Source of the DNA: Acidocella sp.
GTDB taxonomy: Bacteria > Pseudomonadota > Alphaproteobacteria > Acetobacterales > Acetobacteraceae
Reading direction: 5' to 3'
Assembly: GCA_026224875.1 (NCBI GenBank)
Contig: JAMFRU010000089.1
Coordinates: 50,259 to 114,258 of the forward strand
Length of the DNA stretch: 64,000 nucleotides
The notes beneath the pieces were generated by a model. That model worked only from the letters and a program-made list of their open reading frames with translations. It searched no databases and was not told the DNA's origin. The first letter of the stretch is position 1. Each line of letters starts with the position of its first letter. Below are positions 44,703 through 53,125 of the stretch, one piece after another. A program made the translations under genes and the position numbers.

Positions 44703-45833
44703 ATGGAAAGAAAAGACGGCCCAGTCCTGGGCATTGAAAGCTCCTGCGACGAAACCGCCGCCGCGATCCTGGCACCGGACGGGCGTATTCTGGCCGAGCG
44801 CGTGCTGAGCCAGATCGCCGACCATGCGGCTTTCGGTGGTGTGGTGCCCGAAATCGCCGCCCGCGCGCATCTTACAGCGCTCGACGCCATGGTACGCGAC
44901 ACCCTGCGCGAAGCCGGGCTGGCGTTCACCGATCTCGCCGCCATAGCCGCCACCGCCGGGCCCGGCCTCATCGGCGGGCTGCTGGTAGGCACCGGCTATG
45001 CCAAGGGTGCCGCCATCGCTTCCGGCGTGCCGTATCTCGCCATCAACCACCTCGAAGCCCATGCGCTGACCGCCCGCCTGCCCGGCATGGCGGCAACCCC
45101 GCCCGCATTCCCGTATCTGCTGCTGCTGCTCTCCGGCGGGCACAGCCAATGCGTGGCAGTGGAAGGGGCAGGGCGCTACCGCCTGCTCGGCACCACGCTG
45201 GACGACGCCGTGGGCGAAGCCTTCGATAAAACCGCCAAGCTCCTCGGCCTGCCATACCCCGGCGGCCCCGCGCTGGAGGTTTTCGCCCGCGAAGGCACAC
45301 CCAACGTACCTCTCCCCCGCCCGCTGCTGCACCGGGCGGGGTGCGATTTCTCTTTCTCCGGCCTCAAAACCGCTGTGGCTTTATTGGTCGCGGCCGAACC
45401 CCCCGGTCCGCTCTCGCGCCAGCGCGCCGCCAACATCGCCGCCAGCTTCCAGGCCGCCGTTACGGACATTCTGGGAGACCGGCTGGAACATGCCCTTGCC
45501 ATGTGCCCGGATGCCACCGCCATCATCATCGCCGGCGGTGTGGCGGCCAACACCGCCATCCGCACCCGCCTCGCTCTGGTTGCGGCCACGGTGGGCAAAC
45601 CCCTCATCGCCCCGCCTTTGCGCCTGTGTACAGACAACGCAGTGATGGTCGCCTGGGCTGGGCTGGAACGCCTCGCCGCCGGGTTTTCCAGCACGCTCGA
45701 CGCGCCCTGCAAACCACGCTGGCCGCTGGAGGCTATTTCCAACCTCGCGCCCACGCCCGTCATCCCCGCGAAAGCGGGGATCCCTGACACCCCAGACCAT
45801 GGGAGTCACAGATTCCCGCTTTCGCGGGAATGA
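44703..45833 (+). CDS. tsaD: tRNA N6-adenosine threonylcarbamoyltransferase TsaD, C-terminus extended into a repeat element
   Basis: VLGIESSCDETAAAI ... HLEAHAL ... CTDNAVMVAWAG. The last about 25 codons and the TGA stop lie inside the palindromic element 45759-45834. Confidence 0.9.
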   Translation: MERKDGPVLGIESSCDETAAAILAPDGRILAERVLSQIADHAAFGGVVPEIAARAHLTALDAMVRDTLREAGLAFTDLAAIAATAGPGLIGGLLVGTGYAKGAAIASGVPYLAINHLEAHALTARLPGMAATPPAFPYLLLLLSGGHSQCVAVEGAGRYRLLGTTLDDAVGEAFDKTAKLLGLPYPGGPALEVFAREGTPNVPLPRPLLHRAGCDFSFSGLKTAVALLVAAEPPGPLSRQRAANIAASFQAAVTDILGDRLEHALAMCPDATAIIIAGGVAANTAIRTRLALVAATVGKPLIAPPLRLCTDNAVMVAWAGLERLAAGFSSTLDAPCKPRWPLEAISNLAPTPVIPAKAGIPDTPDHGSHRFPLSRE

Positions 45834-45834
45834 C
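45759..45834. repeat. 76-nt palindromic GTCAT...ATGAC element (copy A)
   Basis: GTCATCCCCGCGAAAGCGGGGATCC...GATTCCCGCTTTCGCGGGAATGAC. Each arm is itself a small hairpin. Confidence 0.85.
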
Positions 45835-45840
45835 GAAAAA

Positions 45841-46650
45841 ATGAACTACCGCCACATCTACCACGCCGGCAATTTCGCGGACGTGATGAAGCACGCTTTG
45901 CTGATCAAACTCATCCAGGCGATGCAGCGCAAAGACAAAGGTTTTCTGCTCCTCGACACCCATGCCGGCATCGGCCGCTACGACGTGCTCTCGGAGCAAG
46001 CCGAGCGCACCGGCGAATGGCGCAAAGGCATCGGCAAAATCCAGGATTCTGCTCCCGAAGCTTTGGCCGAATACGTCGCTCTGGTGCAGCAGCTGGGCCT
46101 GTATCCCGGCTCCCCCGCCATCGCCGCCGCTTTGCTCCGCCCGCAGGACCGTCTGGTCGCCTGCGAACTCCACCCCGAGGACGCCGCCATTCTCCGCCGC
46201 AACATGCGCGGCAGCAACGCGTTTATCCACGAGCGCGACGGCTACGAGGCCCTCACCGCCTTCCTGCCCCCGCTCGAAAAACGCGCGCTGGTCCTCATCG
46301 ACCCACCCTTCGAACTCACCGGCGAGTTCGCCACTTTGACCAAAACCCTGGTGACCGCCTGGAGCAAATTCCGCGCCGGCGTCTTCGTCGCCTGGTATCC
46401 CATCAAACACCGCGCCCCGGTCCGTAACTTCTTCGAGGGCTTAAAACTAACCCCCATCCGCGACGTCATCTCCGTGGAATTCCTGATCCGCCCGGATAAC
46501 AACCCCATCGGTCTCAACGGCAACGGCCTCATCATCGTTAACCCGCCCTTCGGGTTCGAGGCCGAGGCCCTCCCCATCCTCGCCGCTTGCGAAACATCCT
46601 TCGGCGAGCCAGGCTGCACCTCGATGGTGGAAAGGCTGATCAATGAGTAA
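45841..46650 (+). CDS. rlmJ: 23S rRNA (adenine2030-N6)-methyltransferase RlmJ
   Basis: MNYRHIYHAGNFADVMKHALL is a canonical RlmJ N-terminus. The track start at 45799 lies inside the repeat and is unlikely. Confidence 0.85.
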   Translation: MNYRHIYHAGNFADVMKHALLIKLIQAMQRKDKGFLLLDTHAGIGRYDVLSEQAERTGEWRKGIGKIQDSAPEALAEYVALVQQLGLYPGSPAIAAALLRPQDRLVACELHPEDAAILRRNMRGSNAFIHERDGYEALTAFLPPLEKRALVLIDPPFELTGEFATLTKTLVTAWSKFRAGVFVAWYPIKHRAPVRNFFEGLKLTPIRDVISVEFLIRPDNNPIGLNGNGLIIVNPPFGFEAEALPILAACETSFGEPGCTSMVERLINE

Positions 46651-47596
46651 AACGATCGCCGTCATCGGCGCCGGCGCCTGGGGCACCGCGCTTGCCATCC
46701 TCTTCGCCCGCGCAGGCAAACCCACGACTTTATGGGCGCGCGACCCCGCCCGCGCGGCGGCAATGCGCGCCACCCGCCACACCCCCCGCCTGCCGGATGC
46801 GCGCCTGCCCGCCGACCTCACCATCACCCACGACATGCCGGACGCCGACATACTGCTTCTGGCCGTGCCCATGCAGCACTTACGCGAAATCCTGCCCCTG
46901 CTCCCGCCCGGCCCGCCCGTGCTGCTCTGCTGCAAAGGCCTGGAGCGCGGTTCTCTGCTCCTCCCCCCAGAACTGGTACAAAACCGCCCCGCCGCCATGC
47001 TAACCGGCCCCAATTTCGCGCATGAAATCGCCGCCGGCCTGCCCGCCGCCGCCGTGCTCGCCATGGCCGATGCCACCGCCCGCGCCGCCCTCATGGAAGC
47101 CTTGCGCACCGAAACCTTCCGCCTCTACGGCAGCCCCGACATTGTTGGCGCGGCATTGGGGGGTGCGGCCAAAAATGTCATCGCCATCGCCGCCGGCGTG
47201 GTCATAGGCGCCGGGCTCGGTGAAAACGCCCGCGCCGCCCTCATCACCCGGGGCCTCGCCGAAATCGCCCGCCTGGCCTCGGCTTTGGGCGGCCGGCCGG
47301 AAACCATCTCGGGTCTTTCGGGCCTGGGCGACCTGCTGCTCACCTGCACCGGCAATTCCAGCCGCAATTTCTCCCTCGGTCTCGCGCTCGGCCAAGGCCA
47401 AACCCTCGATGCCATCCTGAGCCACCGCACCAGCGTCACCGAAGGTGTAGCCACCGCCCCCGCTTTGCTTGCCCGCGCGCAAGCCGCCGGCACGGAAATG
47501 CCGATCACCGAGGCGGTGACACAGCTGCTCTCTGGCGTCAAAAATATCCCGCAAACCGTCGCCGCTTTAATGGGCCGCGCTTTGAAGGATGAGTGA
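46643..47596 (+). CDS. gpsA: NAD(P)H-dependent glycerol-3-phosphate dehydrogenase
   Basis: IAVIGAGAWGTALA ... GPNFAHEIA ... GGAAKNVIAIAAG. Confidence 0.9.
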   Translation: MSKTIAVIGAGAWGTALAILFARAGKPTTLWARDPARAAAMRATRHTPRLPDARLPADLTITHDMPDADILLLAVPMQHLREILPLLPPGPPVLLCCKGLERGSLLLPPELVQNRPAAMLTGPNFAHEIAAGLPAAAVLAMADATARAALMEALRTETFRLYGSPDIVGAALGGAAKNVIAIAAGVVIGAGLGENARAALITRGLAEIARLASALGGRPETISGLSGLGDLLLTCTGNSSRNFSLGLALGQGQTLDAILSHRTSVTEGVATAPALLARAQAAGTEMPITEAVTQLLSGVKNIPQTVAALMGRALKDE

Positions 47597-47635
47597 GCCC
47601 AGACCAAGCTAGGAAACAGCAGGAGGAATTGCGAA

Positions 47636-48109
47636 ATGACCGATCAGCCCGCAGCCTTAACAGCTGCCGACTTTCCAGCCCGGACCAAGCCAAGCAATTA
47701 CCCTGAGCCGTTCGCCAGCCGTATGTCGGGCCGGGTCAAGCGGCCCCTGGGCGACATGTTCGGCATCACCAATTTTGGCGTAAATTTGACACATCTGGCG
47801 CCAGGCGGCGTATCGGCCCTGCACCACAGCCATTCGCGCCATGATGAGTTCATATACATCCTTGAGGGCGAACCCACGCTTTTCACTGACCAGGGTGAAA
47901 CGCAGCTCCGCCCCGGCATGGTGGCGGGGTTTTCGGCGGGCGGCACGGCGCATCATCTGGAAAACCGTACCACACGGGATTGCGTGATACTGCAGATAGG
48001 CACCCGCGCGCCAGGCGATGAGGTGAGTTACCCGGACGATGACATCCAGGCCGTCATGGGTGCCAACGCGCAATGGCGGTTCACCCATAAAGATGGCGAA
48101 CCGTATTAA
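47636..48109 (+). CDS. Cupin domain protein
   Basis: HHSHSRHDEFIYILEGE ... G..HHLEN are cupin motifs. A strong AGGAGG RBS is present. Confidence 0.7.
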   Translation: MTDQPAALTAADFPARTKPSNYPEPFASRMSGRVKRPLGDMFGITNFGVNLTHLAPGGVSALHHSHSRHDEFIYILEGEPTLFTDQGETQLRPGMVAGFSAGGTAHHLENRTTRDCVILQIGTRAPGDEVSYPDDDIQAVMGANAQWRFTHKDGEPY

Positions 48110-48172
48110 GCTCGGAATTATTTAAAACCAACCTGAGATTGCATAACCTCAGTCCGCCGCTACCATGGCAAT

Positions 48173-49552
48173 ATGAGGATGATCGGGTTTTTTCTGGCTG
48201 CCGCCGTGCTGCTCACCGCCATCGCGTGGCTCCGCGCCCCTGAGTACGACGAAGCCTATTCCATCTTCCTCACCGCCGGCCACGCCCGCCCTGCCTGGCC
48301 CACGGGCGTGTTCACCGCCGGCGCGGTGCGGTTCCTCTACACAGGCCACGCCAGTTTCGCCCAGATCGCGCATGATCTGCGCATCGGCGACGTCCACCCG
48401 CCTTTGTATTTCTGGGGATTAAAAATATGGCGCAGCGTCGCCGGCCCATCCTGGTTCGCCGCGCGGATGTTGTCGGTCTTGTTCACTCTAATCGGGTTAT
48501 GGCTCCTCGCCCGCCTCGCCACGGCCGCAAAAATCCCGGTTTTCCCGGCGCTTTTTCTCGCTCTGCTGTCCTACGGTTTCGCCTACACCGGCATAACCGC
48601 CCGCGGCTTTGCTTTGGCGCAGATGTGCAACATCGCCGGTGTATACTTGCTGTTTCTCTGCGTGCGCCAAAGAAGACGCCGGGTCCTGGCGCTAATTTGC
48701 GCCCTGGCGGGAGGTGTTGCGTTCGGCGCCGCATGTTTCACCAACTATTTGGCCCTGTTCACCGCCTGCGCCGCATTCCTCTGGCTGCTGCTCACCCGGC
48801 CCCGCTTGCTGCCCGCCGCCCTCGCTGGGTTTTGTTGCTTCCTGCCCGCCTGCGCCTGGTTTTTCATGGCCCAGCGCCATTCGCGCCTCGGCCAGTTCGA
48901 GCCCTTTTCCCCCCTGCACGCTTTGGTTCTACTGGCGAAAGATTCCGGCGCCACCATCTTCGGCGGGCTCCCGCTTTATGCCGGACATTTTGGCACAGCC
49001 GTAACACTGGCCCTCGGCACCCTCTTCCTCATCTGCATAGGCTACGTGCTGCACCACCGCCACGCGTACGCATCCCTATTTACCCTTGCCGCCATCGCCC
49101 CGCCGTGCGGCCTGTTCGCCCTCGGCCTCATTTTTAGCAACACCCCCATCGAAATCCGCTACCTCGCCTTCTCAACGCCCTTCCTGGCCTTATTGCTCGC
49201 CCCAGCCTTGCCCCGCCCGCTGCTGGCCCTGATGCTCATCGTGCAAACCTGCGCCATCGCCGGCCTCGCTTTCGCCCCCGCCACCATGCAGCCCCAAGCC
49301 CGCGCCGCCCGCGAAGCTGCAGCTTACAACGCCCTGGTCCTGCTCCCCCACGGCAACGACGGCGTCGGCATCCCCGGCCCCTTCATCGCCACGGCACCCG
49401 ACAACATGAGAATCCTGCTTCTCCACCCAGGCACACGTGTGCCCGACGAACCCACAGTCCTGGCGGCCGCCGCCATCGACAACGAGAGCCGCGCTCTCAT
49501 CGCGGAAACGGGCTGCCCCTCTGGATTGGTAGTCATATGCAGGCCCCGTTAG
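48173..49552 (+). CDS. GT-C fold membrane glycosyltransferase, ArnT/PMT_2 (GT39/83)-like
   Basis: Polytopic protein. The first loop carries YDEAY and DVHPPLYFWGL motifs, as in the ArnT/PMT family. Confidence 0.65.
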   Translation: MRMIGFFLAAAVLLTAIAWLRAPEYDEAYSIFLTAGHARPAWPTGVFTAGAVRFLYTGHASFAQIAHDLRIGDVHPPLYFWGLKIWRSVAGPSWFAARMLSVLFTLIGLWLLARLATAAKIPVFPALFLALLSYGFAYTGITARGFALAQMCNIAGVYLLFLCVRQRRRRVLALICALAGGVAFGAACFTNYLALFTACAAFLWLLLTRPRLLPAALAGFCCFLPACAWFFMAQRHSRLGQFEPFSPLHALVLLAKDSGATIFGGLPLYAGHFGTAVTLALGTLFLICIGYVLHHRHAYASLFTLAAIAPPCGLFALGLIFSNTPIEIRYLAFSTPFLALLLAPALPRPLLALMLIVQTCAIAGLAFAPATMQPQARAAREAAAYNALVLLPHGNDGVGIPGPFIATAPDNMRILLLHPGTRVPDEPTVLAAAAIDNESRALIAETGCPSGLVVICRPR

Positions 49553-49714
49553 GCCGCAGCCTCGCGCCGTGCTCAGCCGCGTCAAGGACGCGTCGTGCAA
49601 AATGCACGCCTGCGGCGCTCCTGGACCCGCTTTCCGCGCGGCGCGAATTTGAAATATGGCCGGGGCGAGGAAAAGCTCTTTTAACCGAACCAGGAAAATC
49701 GTTTTGTGGGGGAA

Positions 49715-50131
49715 TCAGAGGAGTTTGGTGGCTCGTTTAATCAGCAGCACCGTCGCCGCCAGCAACTCTGCCCCATTCAGCCACACCGCAAGCCGGTGCC
49801 CCCGCGCAAACCCAGCCACATCATGCGCCGCCCGCATCACATCCAGCGCCGGGAGCAAATACAGCAACAACCAAGCCGTAATACCTATAACCGCCACCGG
49901 CACTAACAGCGCCAGAAACTCCCGCCGCAGCAGCAAGCCAACGGCCGTAATACCAGCCGCACCAACGCAATACCCATAATACCAGGGAAATGCCCCGCGT
50001 ATAAAAGGCCCCGCCACGCCAATCGGCAGGTGCAAAAACACCAGCGGGGCCATCACCACACCAAAAAACAGCATCCCGCCCACCAGAGCCGCAAGGCCCA
50101 GAATGGCCAGGATACTGCCCGCAACCCGCAT
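49715..50131 (-). CDS. Small 4-TM membrane protein (DUF4149/TMEM205-like)
   Basis: The hydrophobic pattern fits this family. The start overlaps the ahcY stop by 1 nt. Confidence 0.5.
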   Translation of the reverse strand: MRVAGSILAILGLAALVGGMLFFGVVMAPLVFLHLPIGVAGPFIRGAFPWYYGYCVGAAGITAVGLLLRREFLALLVPVAVIGITAWLLLYLLPALDVMRAAHDVAGFARGHRLAVWLNGAELLAATVLLIKRATKLL

Positions 50132-51438
50132 CAGTAGCGATACAGCTCGTGCTTATACGGCCCGGCCACATCCAGGCCCAGATACTGCGCCTGCTTCGGC
50201 GTCAACTTGCTCAGCTTGGCGCCAACTTTCGCCAGATGCAGTGCCGCCACCTTCTCATCCAGATGCCGCGGCAGCACGTAAACCTGCTTCTCGTATTTGC
50301 CTTCCGGCGCCGTCCAAAGTTCAATCTGCGCCAGCACCTGGTTGGTAAAGCTGGCCGACATCACAAAGCTCGGATGCCCCGTCGCATTGCCCAAATTCAC
50401 CAGCCGGCCTTCGGACAGCACGATAAGACGCTTGCCATCCGGGAACACCACCTCATCCACCTGCGGCTTAACATTTTCCCATTTGTAATTGCGCAGGCTC
50501 TCAATCTGAATCTCGGAGTCAAAATGCCCGATATTGCAGACAATCGCCCGGTGCTTCATCGCCCGCATATGGTCGGCCGTGATCACATCCACATTGCCGG
50601 TCGCGGTCACGAAGATATCGCCACGCGGGGCGGCATCCTCCATGGTCACCACCTCATAGCCCTCCATCGCCGCCTGCAACGCGCAGATCGGATCGACCTC
50701 GGTCACCAGCACGCGGCAGCCGGCATTGCGAAGGCTGGCCGAAGAGCCCTTGCCCACATCGCCAAACCCGGCAACCACGGCAACCTTGCCGGACATCATC
50801 ACATCGGTACCACGGCGAATGCCATCCACCAGGCTCTCGCGGCAGCCATACAGATTGTCGAACTTCGATTTGGTAACGCTATCATTCACGTTGATCGCCG
50901 GTACCGCCAGCGTCCCGGCCTTCGCCATCTCCCACAGACGATGCACGCCCGTGGTGGTCTCTTCCGAGATGCCTTTGATCACATCCAGCATCGCCGGGTA
51001 TTTGTCATGGACCAGCTTGGTTACATCCCCGCCGTCATCCAGGATCATATTCGGCACCCAGCCGTCCGGGCCGCGCAGAGTCTGCTCGATGCACCACCAG
51101 AACTCATCCTCGGTCATGCCCTTCCAGGCAAACACCGGCACGCCTGCCGCCGCAACAGCCGCGGCCGCCTGGTCCTGCGTGGAGAAAATATTGCAAGACG
51201 ACCAGCGCACCGAAGCGCCAAGTGCCGTCAGCGTCTCGATCAGCACGGCGGTCTGGATCGTCATATGCAGCGAGCCGACGATGCGCGCGCCCTTCAGGAT
51301 CTGCGATGGGCCGAACTCAGCGCGCAGCGCCATCAGCCCAGGCATCTCATCCTCGGCCATGGCAATCTCCTTGCGGCCCCAACCGGCCAGCGAGATATCC
51401 TTAACTTTATAATCCAGCGCCACGCCTACATCCGCCAT
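50131..51438 (-). CDS. ahcY: Adenosylhomocysteinase
   Basis: The likely start is [35 protein letters not shown] (AGGAGCAGAAA-ATG). The NAD motif GFGDVGKGS is present and the pattern is full length. Confidence 0.95.
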   Translation of the reverse strand: MADVGVALDYKVKDISLAGWGRKEIAMAEDEMPGLMALRAEFGPSQILKGARIVGSLHMTIQTAVLIETLTALGASVRWSSCNIFSTQDQAAAAVAAAGVPVFAWKGMTEDEFWWCIEQTLRGPDGWVPNMILDDGGDVTKLVHDKYPAMLDVIKGISEETTTGVHRLWEMAKAGTLAVPAINVNDSVTKSKFDNLYGCRESLVDGIRRGTDVMMSGKVAVVAGFGDVGKGSSASLRNAGCRVLVTEVDPICALQAAMEGYEVVTMEDAAPRGDIFVTATGNVDVITADHMRAMKHRAIVCNIGHFDSEIQIESLRNYKWENVKPQVDEVVFPDGKRLIVLSEGRLVNLGNATGHPSFVMSASFTNQVLAQIELWTAPEGKYEKQVYVLPRHLDEKVAALHLAKVGAKLSKLTPKQAQYLGLDVAGPYKHELYRY

Positions 51439-51519
51439 TTTCTGCTCCTGCAATTTGTCCCGCCTCCCATATTCCCTTGAGGCGTTACTGCCAACCATCC
51501 CAAGTATCGATGATAACAT

Positions 51520-51549
51520 GATATAAAGATATCTTTATATCTGTGTCAA
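51520..51549 (-). promoter_or_regulatory. Candidate sigma-70 promoter of ahcY (-35 TTGACA, 18-nt spacer, -10 TATATC) overlapped by a perfect 20-bp palindrome
   Basis: On the minus strand: TTGACA (51549-51544), then the spacer, then TATATC (51525-51520). The palindrome ATATAAAGATATCTTTATAT occupies 51521-51540. Confidence 0.55.
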
Positions 51550-51640
51550 ATTTCCCATCGATGCCGTAAATCGCCAGCGTCTGGTGCGGTTGTAATCCGG
51601 CCTCATCAGCTTCGCTTCAAACTGGTGGCAGAACCTATTG

Positions 51641-51958
51641 CTAAGGTTTCGGCAGCCCGGCAAAATACGCCGCTACGGCTGCCGTCTCCGCCGGGCTCAA
51701 AGCCGCAGCAATGGACTGCATCGTCGGCGTCCCGTTCTGCCCCTTGGCCATATCGGCCAGTGCCGCCGTAATCACCCCCGCCGGCAGCCCAGCCAGAGCC
51801 GGCGCCCCGGTGGCGGGGTTGCCCGCCCCGTTCGCGCCATGGCAGGCGGCACAGGGCAAAGCCCCATTGTCGTTGCCATGCAGCACAATGTCCCGCCCAT
51901 CCGGCGCTGCCCAGGCTAACCCCGGCAGTAACACCAATACGGGCAGAAAAACCCTCAC
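51641..51958 (-). CDS. Periplasmic c-type cytochrome
   Basis: A signal peptide and a CAACH heme-binding motif. Confidence 0.75.
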   Translation of the reverse strand: MRVFLPVLVLLPGLAWAAPDGRDIVLHGNDNGALPCAACHGANGAGNPATGAPALAGLPAGVITAALADMAKGQNGTPTMQSIAAALSPAETAAVAAYFAGLPKP

Positions 51959-52386
51959 GGTGCGCCCATCGCGCCATACACCGGCGCACTCACCACTTCT
52001 GACGTACCATCGCCAAAATCCAGCGTGATCGCGATTTTATCCCCCGGCTTCATCTTCGGGCCCATGCACATCAGATGATACCCGCCCTCCACCAGCTCCG
52101 CCTGACCGTGTGCTGGCACCGGCACGCTGGTTACCGGCATCATCATCGCCGTGCCGCCCATGTTCATGCTCTCATGCAGCATCAGCGACGAACAGGCGGG
52201 CGAGCTCGCCCCGGTGAGTGTCGCTGGCATGTTGCTGTTGTTCACCATCACCAAATACCCGCCAGCCGGAATATTCGGCAGCAGATAACGCACCCATTGC
52301 TGCTGCACGGTCACATCCGTGGCGGACCCCGCCAATGCCACTCCCGGCAATAGCGCCAGCCAGGCCACCAGAAAAATCCCGCGCAT
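51955..52386 (-). CDS. Copper chaperone PCu(A)C (DUF461)
   Basis: A signal peptide, Met-rich MLHESMNMGGTAMMMPV, and HLMCMG motifs. Confidence 0.8.
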   Translation of the reverse strand: MRGIFLVAWLALLPGVALAGSATDVTVQQQWVRYLLPNIPAGGYLVMVNNSNMPATLTGASSPACSSLMLHESMNMGGTAMMMPVTSVPVPAHGQAELVEGGYHLMCMGPKMKPGDKIAITLDFGDGTSEVVSAPVYGAMGAP

Positions 52387-52488
52387 AAAACCTCCATCGC
52401 CGTATCCAGGCCCGATTTACGCCAATCCACCCGCCCCGCAACACAGTTCTGAATTGCCTTCCGCCCTGCGGCGGCGCAAAAGGCCGCC

Positions 52489-52899
52489 ATGGAACATTCT
52501 TCCTACGCCGACATCGCGCAGGCCACCCGCCGCATGTTCATCCGCGACCTCGTGCTCGCGGCCTCCATCGGCGTGTATTCGCATGAGCACGAGGCCCGCC
52601 AGCGGGTGCGCATCAATGTTGACCTCTCGGTGCTGGACGACGGCGCGCAAAACCTCTCCCGCGCCGGTATCGGAGCCGACGACCTCGCCCGCGTGGTCGA
52701 CTACGAAGCCATCGTGAACCGCATCCGCGCCATCACCATTTCCGGCCACATCCAGCTGGTGGAAACCCTGGCCGAGCGCCTGGCGGAAACCTGCCTGCTC
52801 GACATCCGCGTGCGCCGCGTTCTGGTGCGTGTGGAGAAACTCGACGTGTTCGCCGATGCCGCCGCGGTGGGTGTGGAAATCGAGCGCCGGAACAACTAG
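52489..52899 (+). CDS. folB: Dihydroneopterin aldolase family protein
   Basis: IRDLVLAASIGVYSHEHEARQRVRINVDL ... VVDYEAIVNRI ... LVETLAERLA. Confidence 0.75.
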   Translation: MEHSSYADIAQATRRMFIRDLVLAASIGVYSHEHEARQRVRINVDLSVLDDGAQNLSRAGIGADDLARVVDYEAIVNRIRAITISGHIQLVETLAERLAETCLLDIRVRRVLVRVEKLDVFADAAAVGVEIERRNN

Positions 52900-53080
52900 T
52901 TGTCCACCCCCCGGATTCCGAACAGAGTCAAAGGGTTTTACCAAATGGTTACCGCAAATGCATGACAGCATTGCAACCAGATTATACAATAAAATCAATC
53001 GACTAATGGGCGTCAGGCGATATCTCTCGGAAAAGTTATGCATCCCGGCTCCTTTCAGGCCGGGACTTGAACTTAACCCA

Positions 53081-53125
53081 ATCTCCACAGACTTATCCAC
53101 AGATCATGGACAGCATCGTGGATAA
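53081..53125. promoter_or_regulatory. Cluster of DnaA-box-like 9-mers around the uvrC start
   Basis: TTATCCACA is a perfect match at 53093-53101. ATCTCCACA (7/9) lies at 53081-53089. TTATCCACG (8/9) lies on the minus strand at 53117-53125. Confidence 0.5.

Noticed and set aside
51439-51600. A possible SAH riboswitch in the ahcY leader.
   Set aside because: I could not find the conserved SAH-element core, nor a convincing pseudoknot-forming stem. The leader implied by the proposed promoter is only about 75 nt. A covariance-model scan (Rfam RF01057) would be decisive.
53081-53125. The DnaA-box cluster as the chromosomal replication origin.
   Set aside because: There are only three boxes and no adjacent AT-rich unwinding element. 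The neighbouring genes (folB, uvrC) are not the usual alphaproteobacterial origin context. I interpret it as a regulatory or titration site instead.
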